Positions 53,745-64,000 of a DNA stretch of 64,000 bases are shown in pieces. Below the pieces are notes generated by a model. It was not told where the DNA came from. It did no database searches and saw nothing but the letters and a program-made list of their open reading frames with translations. The stretch covers positions 125,557 to 189,556 of the forward strand of contig NW_019218323.1 in the NCBI RefSeq assembly GCF_002571385.2. Direction: 5' to 3'. The first letter of the stretch is position 1; every line of letters begins with the position of its first letter. Source of the DNA: Stylophora pistillata (taxonomy: Eukaryota). The position numbers were made by a program, and so were the translations under genes.

Positions 53745-54378
53745 AATTTTCTTTTTTTTTCCCTTCACTTACTGTTGTGAGACCAGATAATACCGATACA
53801 AGTGGAAATTTCTGCTAACTGTTCAGTACCGTTCAAGATCATGAGAGATCGATAATATTGTTACTTAAGCTACCGCTATTGTTTCAGTACGGTTACTACA
53901 TCAAAACTCTATCAAATTTTGTTGTGATATTCATGCTATGAAATAGAAGTGACGGTACAACAAGAGGAATCCGATCGATGTCATCGCAGAATCATTCATG
54001 ACGTACTGAAAAATGACTGCGAACCGAAGAAATATGTTTGAGTAAAACAATGGTCTTAGCTTCATGTTATTTTGCAAATAGCTAGATGTCGTTTGTATTT
54101 GTGGTTTAGATTAATTTTATTTCTTACCAGCGACGTGTATTGGAGCAAAGAAAAAAATAGGAGATATCCTTGCTTGCATTAAATGTCTTGCCGGATATCA
54201 CGCTGTTTTTTCTTACATTACAATAACTTCCTACTGAAATAATAGCAACGCAAGAGAAATAGCAGACAAATCGGAATAGGTACCTCGTGTAACCACATAT
54301 TTAGCAATGGCTTATTGATTCTTTAAGTTTTTTCCTCTTTTAATTTTCTCCCTGTTTAGAAATACCTCAAAGTAAGCC

Positions 54379-57300
54379 ATGACGTTCCGTCCCCCTGGGC
54401 TTCGATTCGGTATTGATTTAGTGGAAGCTGCTCTTGCCGAACGCCAGTTCCTACGGATCGTGGACGATTATCCAAGTTTATACGCCGGTCCTCACGTTCG
54501 AAATGCAATCAGAAGGTATGCTTTGTTCCTTTCATAGACCCTACTAAACAAGGAATTCTCGAGAAGAAGACTCACGTCAAAATGTTTTGTCATGAAATCT
54601 ACTGCTTTATTACTAACCCAGTCCAGACCTTAAAACCGGTTTCCTCGGTTTCTCGGCGAAAAAAAAACTGAATCACCGCATTTCTTCCCGACACTTGAGG
54701 GCTCAAGCATGATCTTAAGGTGTAGTTAGCGTTACGTTGAGTGCATTGAATGCACTCTTAGCCTAAATTGAACAACTTTTTTCGTTGAAGAAAGCTCTTC
54801 ATGGATTCATTACAAAATGCAAAATTGCCTTATTTCTTTCCTTTCCCTTCAGGTATGAACTTCTCTGGCTGCCTTTGCTTGCTCGGCATGCCACTTGTAC
54901 CAACAATTGGTCTAGTACTTTGAATGTCGCAGCACCACTTGACATCGCCTGGGTGTGGCATGTACACATGCTATCCCCCGTCGATTACCAGAGGGATTGC
55001 AATCAAATTGTCTCCACTCGCTTGGATCACAACATACTCATCGGAGAGCAACGTCAGAGAGGGCTTGTAAGGGCCAGGGCCTTATGGGAAGAGCTGTATC
55101 CTGAGGAACCTTTTGAGGTTGACCTGACGGCCCCTGTTAGCAACACGCCACATTTCGAATCAAGATTTGAGTATGACGTCGAAGCTGCTTGTGCTCGACA
55201 GCGGGTTTTTAATTATCAGGTGTCCTTACCTCACTATGCGGATAAGAAATTCTTGACGAAGGCGGTGGAGAGGTACAAATTACACCTTTATCTAAAGCAG
55301 CAAAATCCACAGACGTTTTTTGTACCGTGCTATGACTTCGACCTTATTTGGCACGCACATCAGGTTAATCCGGCAATCTACACAGAAGACACCACGAAAA
55401 TCCTGGGTAAATTATTCAATCACAATGATTCGGTGAACGACCGAAAGCCTGGTTCAAAACTTAGTAAGGCTGAAACAGTAACACGAGAGAAATGGGGAAA
55501 CCTGGGCCATCAATTTGCAGTTAATGGAGCTATGTTTCGCGGAGAGCCTCCTCTTTGTGCCACAACGCCGAAAGAATCCATTGATTACAGTTGTCATGCA
55601 GCATTTGAGTACACTGTGGACGTGACCACGTTGGAAGTTGAAGGTCTCCCAAAACCGAAAACGTACACCGTCAAAATTGATGTCGTCAATGGCCCGCGAG
55701 TGCTTAAGGTGCAAGTTCGTGGACCTACTGCAAGACTTACAAAGTCTAATGGTGTGTTAGCAAGGTTTACATATAAAAAGAAGAAAAGAGAGATTTTGAG
55801 GGTGAGTTAAATTGTTCCATTTTTTTCTACTTTATGTTTTTTTTCACCAGGGCCTCAAACTAACGTATCAGTGAAGAAGTAAAATAAATGACACACCTAA
55901 AGGCTTTCTATGAACGACTGATGATAAAAGGTCGTAGCTTGTCACGAAGTCATTCTACATCACAAGTTTCCTCGGTTAGTAATCTTCCTGTTGCTAAAGC
56001 AATAGTTCTCAATATCCACTGGATTAACGTTTTTTAAGTTGAACACAAGACGGGCGCTAAAAACCTGAGAAAATAGTCGAGATCTGGTTATCACCGAACC
56101 TTAAATCACAGTCACATAGTGAATAGGCATGTGTTTCTGGTTTAATCCGTTAGGTTCGTATTAAGCAACATGGAACTTGCTCTTGCTTTACACATTTAAT
56201 GGACGAGTCTGCCGAGTGTTCCGAAGATTTGATTGGGGAAGTAGCGTCGTACATCAACCGGAAACGCACGAGATTTGGCTGGGAAAGTAACGTGGTGCCA
56301 CAACCAGAAACGCACGAGTTAACTGTCGCTGAAAACCTGATTGTTCGGTTTACTACTGTGGTCCAATCCCATCGGCCAGATGAATACGAATTTACTGTGT
56401 TGCCAAAGGAGGACTTCACTCCAGTCCGAGAAGCTGCCTCGATTTTGAGCTCACCAGCACTGTTCCTTTCGCCTTTTTCTTTGAACCAAACCCTCGCTTC
56501 TAGTGAAATGTCTTTGCATCCGATATCCGACTTTTGGGGACAAGAAGCGTTTACCTGCCGGGTGATGCACTCCGCCGAGTTGTTGTTCTCCTCCGTAGAG
56601 GTCATTAACCCTGTCGGCGATGTTGTGAGCACCGCGCACCTTCTACGCGGAAATGTCCTTCCGACTAAGGAGCAAGTCGACCAGCCCCATGACTTGTGTT
56701 GCACTTTGGATGAAGCAGCAGGAGAAAGAGCAATGCTCATTAGAGGGAGCAAAGACTGGGGCATCTGTATTGGCAAATGGAAAGGAGTTGTAAAGGGTCT
56801 CCCTGGCATACCTGGAATAGCACCGTCTGAACGCAGTCCAGGCGTTAAAGGAAAGCCTGGCGTGAAGGGCCAACCAGGTTATTTGAACATCGAGTTCTTC
56901 TCGGTGTCCGGAGCACAAGAGTGGAAAGTTGTACAGAACCATGGAGAAAACTTCAAGGTGCCTTTAAGCGAAAAAGAGATAGTCTACGTAAACCTTCGAA
57001 CTGGAGTGATCTCTTTTCCATCCGAGGTAACTGCCGTCCCAGAAAGCATTGCACTGGGGTTCTCTATAGCTGTCCTTCATCTTCTGTGTCAGCCTAACCC
57101 TTCGAGCGGTGTTACCGACTACACGAGGCCATCAGCCATGGTTTCAAGCCAGAAAGACAAACCTCGTAGAATCTGTTGTGAAGAGCTAATGCTGGTAGTA
57201 GCCGCAGGGTTCTATGGCACCACTGTGCCCAGCAACGCATATATTAAGCACCAACTTGGAGGTGCCTGTGGTGGCTGTGGTGGTTGCGGAGGTTGTGGAG

Positions 57301-57509
57301 GCTGTGGAGGTTGTGGAGGATGTGCAAGTGGTGGAGGATGCGGTAGCTGCGGTGGATGTGGTGGGTGTGGGTCATGCGATGGCTGTGGAGGTTTCGGAGG
57401 ATGTGCAATTAGTGGAGGATGCGCAATTGGTGGTGGATGCGGTAGCGGCGGTGGATCTGGTGGGTGTGGGTCATGCGGTGGCTGTGGTTGTGGCGGCTGT
57501 GGGGACTAA
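54379..57509 (+). CDS. Glycine-rich domain-containing protein (GRDP1/2-like, DUF1399), copy 2, intact, ~813 aa
   Basis: Exons 54379-54515, 54853-55801 and 56154-57509 (GT-AG, phases 2 and 0; 2442 nt). IDLVEAA...[59 protein letters not shown] and GAMFRGEPP match the plant GRDP family. C-terminal Cys/Gly repeat. Confidence 0.92.
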
Positions 57510-59451
57510 GGCTTGTTTACTTACTAAATAATGATGAACTAAAAGGCTGTGGAACTGAGGAACTTGAAAATAATACGTATAAGTACTCGAAAATAAGCCT
57601 GCCCTTGCGGACAACTGACAAAATTGTCTTCTGATATGATTGATGAAGGTGACATCCTGCGTGAACCGACTCTAGTGCGTTTGTGCATAGTCCTGAGTAA
57701 TTATTTTTAACCTATGCGCATTCATTTCGAATAGGACTGTCCGAATTATAATGGTGGAACTAAGCCGTTTTTTGGTAAAACTTTGGAAGTGTTTCAAGGA
57801 TACTCTTCAATTAGGTATACAAGTTTGTAAGATTGAAAACTTATGCGACCATACCGATGTACATTTTCAAATTGGTGATTCGCAGTCTTTTGTTCCCAAG
57901 TTTGAAATGTTTCTTTTAATTCGATAGAAAGTTATCCTCTTGACACCAGAGGTAAGAAATACTATGTAGTTACATGAAATGCGATTTGAATCTCGATTTT
58001 ATGGTAAAAGTAGAGAGCACGCACCTATGTAAATTTATAGTTGGTAGTTGAAATTATGATAACTTGTGGGTTAATCAGGAGTCATGATTTATATAGATAG
58101 AACAAACACAATGAAATTTCTCTTGCTTGCTATCTACGTACGATTCAAGGTGATGCATGTAATTTTGCTATTGTTACTTTAGGAAGTTATAACAGTAGAT
58201 GAATGTTTTTGAAGTTGTCGCTGAAAATTAACCAAGGAACACTGAAGTTGTTCAGCCAAGTTTTATGCGGAAAACGATTTGTTTTGGCCACGTTTTTTTA
58301 CGTGCATAGCACGATTCTTGCTTATTTTTCTAGGAAAGTAATTCTGGTGATTGCCTTACATGGATTGATATTCATGTAAGCGAAGTACTCTCTCGGAAGG
58401 ATAAGGCTATTTCAAAGTGGTTCCTGGACTCATTGAAGAAAATTTTCAGTTTAAAAAAAAAACTTTCATCCGTTGTTGTTTTAAGATTATTGTGGAAAAA
58501 TTGAGCGAAACAAGATATCGTTATTTCACTTTTCCGTAGTCATGCATAGCATTGGCGGATATCGAGGGGTCATCATTAGCCCCAGAAGACAGTCACGTCA
58601 AAGTTAACTATCAAAAAGCTAGATTTCGTTTTTGGAAAAGAAAAAAAAAAGGGAAAATAGGCATAAATTTCTGTAGAAACACGATGATTTTCCCCTTTCC
58701 TTGAGCCTTGGAAAATTGTATCAATCGAATCAGTTGTTACCTCTGCTAATTGTTGAAATCAGAGTTGAGATCATGAGTCCACTGGTTAGATACTCTTCTA
58801 ACAAAACTGATAACGGCGATTTTCCATTTACAATTTGTTCTTTAGTCTTCTGGTTCTTCGCCAACCGTGGGCTCTCTTACGTCCTTAATTAATCTTGGGT
58901 TCTACACCAATCTCGTTGGAAATTTGGGGGTTAACTAGCTCGAACACCGTGGGCAAGCGAGAAGTACTGGGAGTCTTCTCAGGAACTTTGTTTTTTCTAT
59001 CTGGGACTCTTTCTCTCCTCTAACTCACTCAGCCCCAAGTACACGCTCTTTAATACCCTATTTGAAGGCATGTTTGAGCTCACGGGACAAATGACCTTGT
59101 TAGAGAAATCATATTTTTTTAGAATACAAACGAAAACATTTTCACAAGACGTTCGAAATGAACGAAAAAGTACTTAACACCAACAAATATTCGAGAACCA
59201 AAACCGAAACAAAACCTCCCGTTGAGGACTTTAGGAAATTTCAAGAAACAATGAAAAACACGAGTAACGATAACGATTATCGTACGAGAATTAAGCCCTG
59301 TTACATGTACAACGGTCAAAATAAATAACTGGTCTCGCAGCACACGACAAACTAAAGCTCACAAGACTCGTGTAATGATTCCAAGATAATCTAGAAGGCC
59401 TAAAAAATTCCCGAAAAATTAACCAGAACTTTCCTTTTTCTAATAATTCCC

Positions 59452-59803
59452 NNNNNNNNNNNNNNNNNNNNNNNNNNNNNNNNNNNNNNNNNNNNNNNNN
59501 NNNNNNNNNNNNNNNNNNNNNNNNNNNNNNNNNNNNNNNNNNNNNNNNNNNNNNNNNNNNNNNNNNNNNNNNNNNNNNNNNNNNNNNNNNNNNNNNNNNN
59601 NNNNNNNNNNNNNNNNNNNNNNNNNNNNNNNNNNNNNNNNNNNNNNNNNNNNNNNNNNNNNNNNNNNNNNNNNNNNNNNNNNNNNNNNNNNNNNNNNNNN
59701 NNNNNNNNNNNNNNNNNNNNNNNNNNNNNNNNNNNNNNNNNNNNNNNNNNNNNNNNNNNNNNNNNNNNNNNNNNNNNNNNNNNNNNNNNNNNNNNNNNNN
59801 NNN
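59452..59803. other. Assembly gap (352 N) followed by a (CA)n microsatellite at 59804-59825
   Basis: Run of N abutting a CA repeat. Confidence 0.99.
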
Positions 59804-60139
59804 CACACACACACACACACACACAAAAGAAATGATATTTAAAATAGAATAAGCGATAAACACGTAACAAAATTGTAAATATATAAATCGATGAAAGAGT
59901 AAACTATGTATAAAAGATTCAACAGGGGTTGTGGTTGGCACTATGAACAGTTACAATAAAAAGAATCGTGGCAAACTGAGCACAGTAGATCCTGCAGGTG
60001 CTCAGTGGAAGAAAGGCGCGCGAGAAAAAAATTTCTTAATTTTGACTTAATAGGTTAGAACATATTTGAACGTAGGCGGAGAAGAAAAAGTAGACAAATC
60101 TTTTAAGTCGGATTTAAGATCATTGAAAAGTTTGTCTCT

Positions 60140-60300
60140 ATGGACCTACTTAAACGGCCAACCTGTCACGAGTCCCCATCGCTTAGTGGTGGAGCATCCG
60201 AAGTACCGATTACTAGGACAGAGGTTGGACTCCTATTGGGAGCATGCGGAGTATGGCTGCATCACCTATTGATTAACATCACCATTCACTTAGACTAAGA
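60140..60300 (+). mobile_element. Old, degenerate tRNA-derived SINE fragment
   Basis: Decayed A box (CGCTTAGTGGTGGAGC) and B box (GGTTGGACTCC) at tRNA-like spacing. Confidence 0.5.
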
Positions 60301-61992
60301 GTTCTTCACAATTCAAATTAGAGGAAAACGAGATTAAAAATGAGTGACTGGCAACTTCATGCATGTAAATGCTTTTGCCTTCGCTGATAAAAGTTTACAA
60401 ATCGATCACAATTTTTCTTGGTCTGTAACTCTATTGTTGATAGAAATTACTTCAACCATGTCCAAAACTAAAGTGAAACCTCGTGGCGCATGCAGCCGAG
60501 TGGTTTCATTGAAAAGTGAGAATTTCCACAGTTAATTTTAAAATGCAAAAAAGTTGACTACTAAGTCATGCTTTCTCTTTCTACAAAACAAGGGATTTAT
60601 CTCATTGGAATTTTCCCTATGATCGCAATTACAAGAAAAGGCAAAACTATAGCTGTTTTGTAACTCATAACAATTTCACTGACATGATCAACCGCTGGCT
60701 TGGATGCTTAGCAAGTATTGAGCCTCGACATCATGTTTTCGAAGTGTGTGTGTGTGTGACATGAGATAATGTGGCCGAGGCTCATCGTGGAAAATGAAAT
60801 TACTTTCTAGGAGGCGAGGGCTTGCGGGATATAAGTTCGGTGGGTAAGATGTTTTGTAGTTTTTTCCTTCACTCACCGTTACACCTTCACTATTCAATAG
60901 AATATGAATCTGCCTATTTCACCGATTGTTGAAATCGGCCTGATTCTCTCAAGTTTGAGCTCACCAAGATAACTCCATGTATTCCCGGTTTCTATGACTT
61001 ACTTGTTGTGAAATTTGTAAAATTTATCTGATGGAAAGGAGTAGGGTAGATCTGTCACCTTTGTGCAGAAATCTCGCAAGGCCAGAAGCATTTAGTCATA
61101 CCTTGAGTCCGAGTCTCCCAATAAATTTTTCATTAGACTTGTCTGAATATCTAATCAGTCCAGTATCGCGAACTTTCTTACCTTTGTGACGATTATCCAA
61201 ATATTATCGATATTACTTGCAATTATTCAAATGGCTATTTAATTGATAAAGTTTGACGCACTCATACCAAACAACCGTTCATAATCAGTAAGAGGTGTGC
61301 GTTTGTAACGCGTATTCAACTGGATTAATTTTACCTATGCAAATATCACTGTACAATTTTTGAAATCATTCGCAGTTTAGTCCAATATTAAGTCCTGGAG
61401 ATCCCGAGCTATAATGGTAGATAGGAAAGATTGCTTTTCTTACCATCTAAAAGATTTTCTTAAAGAGAGAGGCCTTTTTATTTAACCGTAATTTATAAAG
61501 TATCCTCGAAATTCGTGGAGCAGGTGCTCTGAGGGAATTGAGATGCAAAACATTCATTTAGGCGATTAAACATGCCAGAATAATACAATTACAATTTAAT
61601 AAATAAAGAATGGCAGTACTTAACATTTCTCTCTGCTTTTACCACCGTGGGAACATAAGATCTTAAAGAAGCATAAGATCGTTAAGAAAAGGTACGATTT
61701 TAAAACTCCACACTTTGGAAATCAAAACAGTAAACTACAGCAATCCGATAGGAATACTCGAAGCTCGCATCTGACACACGATGGGGGATAAAGACTGCAA
61801 TACGAAAATTGTCAGCGAAACATTCGAGGAATCAAGAGAGCATGAGGACACAGTTAACGGAAAGCATGATAAAACGGATAAATTACTTTATTTTACAATG
61901 TACATTATTTTAATTGCAGCAATTAATGAATTAAAACTTTGAATATTTTTCATTACTATCCAGAGTGTGACTCAATGCAAATGTAAATCGGC

Positions 61993-63879
61993 ATGTCACG
62001 CGGTAAGATAAAACTCAGCATCGATTTAGTGGAGGCAGCTGTAGCGCACCGTCAGTTCTTACAGCTCGTTGATGACCATCCAAGTTTATACTCTAGTCCA
62101 CTCGTTCAAAACGCAATCAGAAGGTTAGTTTAGTTCAACTGTACTGTTAATCACTCACTTGAAATGTTTAAGAGTATGGCCTTTGGAATCGAAACAAAAA
62201 GCCCACAGTTTCCCTTTTCACCCTTAGGTTTTGAATTACCGAGCAACAGCAGCATACAGAGAAACCGTACCGTAAACAACTGCCATAAAGTCTCGGAAAC
62301 TATTCCCTTTACGACACACTGAAAGTTTATTGGCTACGAGGCATGTTTAAGCGAAAGAACAGTAACATGTTCTTAAGTAATCAAAGAAAACTCACACGTC
62401 TCACACAAAGTAATGACTGATTCAAATACGTTTGTCTGCACGTCACGAAAACAATCTTATCGAAAAAGCAAGGGAACAATATTATTCAAATGCTGACCTT
62501 TTCGTTTATTTTTCACGTCCCGAATATAATTCATGGACTAGTATCATTTCTTTCCCGAAAGCTCAAATCATAAAAAATTCGGTGAATTTCAAGTTCGACG
62601 TGTCAGTAAGTCTGTTACAATGATGTAGGAGATGTAGAGTGCAATATCATCATCAGACATGGGGACTGATTTAGTGAGGTCCCCACTCTCACTAAGTTTT
62701 CATTTTCGAGTACCAAGCACTGAACTAAGTGAGGAGACTGAAAAGAAGGAGTAGAAAGTTAAAGTGTGGGCTCACTAAACAGCGAGAGAAAGAACAGAAT
62801 GAGAAAATCAACGATTTCAATCAATCTTGTCCGGAAATGTATCGTGCACCCATGGTATCCTCCCAACCATGGAGTCTTTACAGTCGGATTGCAAGGAAGC
62901 CTTTACTTGACTCTAAACTGATATCAACTATTTTTAACCTTGTTTTTCTTTTAGGTATGAGCTTTTCTGGCTGCCTTTGCTCGCTCAATCCACCACCTCA
63001 GAAATTGCGGCACCACTCGACATCGCATGGGTTTGGCACGTGCACATGCTGTCACCTGTCAATTATGAAAGGGACTGCAACGAAATTGTCTCTATACTAC
63101 TAGATCACAAGATACTAAGCGGAGAGCAGCGTCACAAAGGGCTTGTTAAGGCCAAAGCTCTATGGGAAAAGTTGTATCCTGGCGAACCTTTTGAAGTTGA
63201 CCTGACGGCCGCTGCTAACAATGCGCAAGATTTCAAGTCAAGAATTGAGTACGACATCGCAGCTGCTTGCGCTCGACAGAGAGTCTTTTATTATCAGGTG
63301 TCCTTACCTCACTATGAAGATAAGAAATTTTTGACTGAAGCAATGGAGAGGTATAAATTTCATCTCATGCTCAAGCGAGATAATCCAGGCACGTTTCTTG
63401 TGCCTTGCTATGACTTTGACCTCATTTGGCATGCGCATCAAGTAAATCCACTACTGTATAAAAAGGACACCACGGAAATACTGGGAAAAGTACTTAAACA
63501 TGATGACTCGGTGAACGACCGACAGCCTGGCTCAAAGCTCAACATGTCTGAAGAAACAACACGTGAAAAATGGAAAAACCTGGGCCAAGAATTTGCAATG
63601 AATGGAGCCATGTTCCGCGGAGAGCCTCCACTTGGAACTAACACATTAACAGGGCCCATTGACTACACTTGGCTGGCAGCGCTCGAGTACACTGTAGATT
63701 TGACCAAATTCGAAGTTGAAGGTCTCCCTAAACCAAAAGCCTACACCGTTAAAATCGAAGTCGTGAATGGTGAGCGGGTCCTAAAGAAACAGGTTCGCGG
63801 GCCAAACGCGACACTTCTGGAATCCAACCGTGCTTTATCAACGTTTACATTTAAAACGAAAAATAGCAGTAATCTCAAG
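61993..63879 (+). CDS. GRDP-like (DUF1399) protein, copy 3; exons 1-2 only, continues beyond the window
   Basis: Exon 1 at 61993-62123 (MSRGKIKLSIDLVEAAVAHRQFLQLVDDHPSLYSSPLVQNAIR) and exon 2 at 62955-63879 (YELFWLPLLA...[15 protein letters not shown]...NLK|GTAAGA). Same intron positions and phases as copy 2. Confidence 0.92.
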
Positions 63880-64000
63880 GTAAGAGTCTTAATGCAATAA
63901 TTATTTCTCTTCTACGAGTCAGAGTTATATATCGGTTGTCTCCTTTTCATTTGATCTGTATTCTTAAGATACGCTCCTTAGAATTCCTCTTCTCTCACCC

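Noticed and set aside
54785-54852. ORF-track start of the 341-aa ORF (likewise 56199 and 62977) as separate genes
   Set aside because: These ORFs are internal exons; the real starts are in exon 1 (54379 and 61993).
56150-56809. 219-aa antisense ORF (also 47387-47569, 55454-55714, 63438-63659)
   Set aside because: Antisense shadows of GRDP coding sequence with no independent support.
57214-57531. Val/Glu/Ala-rich 105-aa ORF
   Set aside because: Alternative frame of the Cys-Gly-Gly repeat.
59291-59941. ORFs across the second gap
   Set aside because: Artefacts of the N run.

Overview
Animal genomic DNA with introns and two N gaps. The repeat families and gene content suggest a cnidarian, probably a stony coral (inference). 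The minus strand carries exon 1 of a mitochondrial glutamate dehydrogenase (GLUD-like; the gene continues off the left edge) and a complete 18-coding-exon ZMIZ1/2-family gene of about 1115 aa. The ZMIZ gene has a probable extra upstream coding exon, a probable first non-coding exon and promoter near 28.9-29.6 kb, a ~2.4 kb 3' UTR and a CpG-depleted gene body. About 16 kb of non-coding sequence follows. The plus strand then carries a tandem cluster of glycine-rich domain (GRDP / DUF1399-like) genes: a pseudogene, an intact 3-exon gene of about 813 aa, and a third copy whose last exon lies beyond the window. The most interesting element is the GRDP cluster. Its protein has duplicated D-x4-WHxH motifs and a ~21-Cys (CGG)n tail, three tandem ARE/AP-1 sites and a ~450 bp foldback palindrome lie upstream of the intact copy, and the cluster shows birth-and-death turnover. 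SINEs, MITEs and a CR1/L2 LINE remnant are also present. All gene models were built by eye from GT-AG sites and reading-phase checks; no searches were run.
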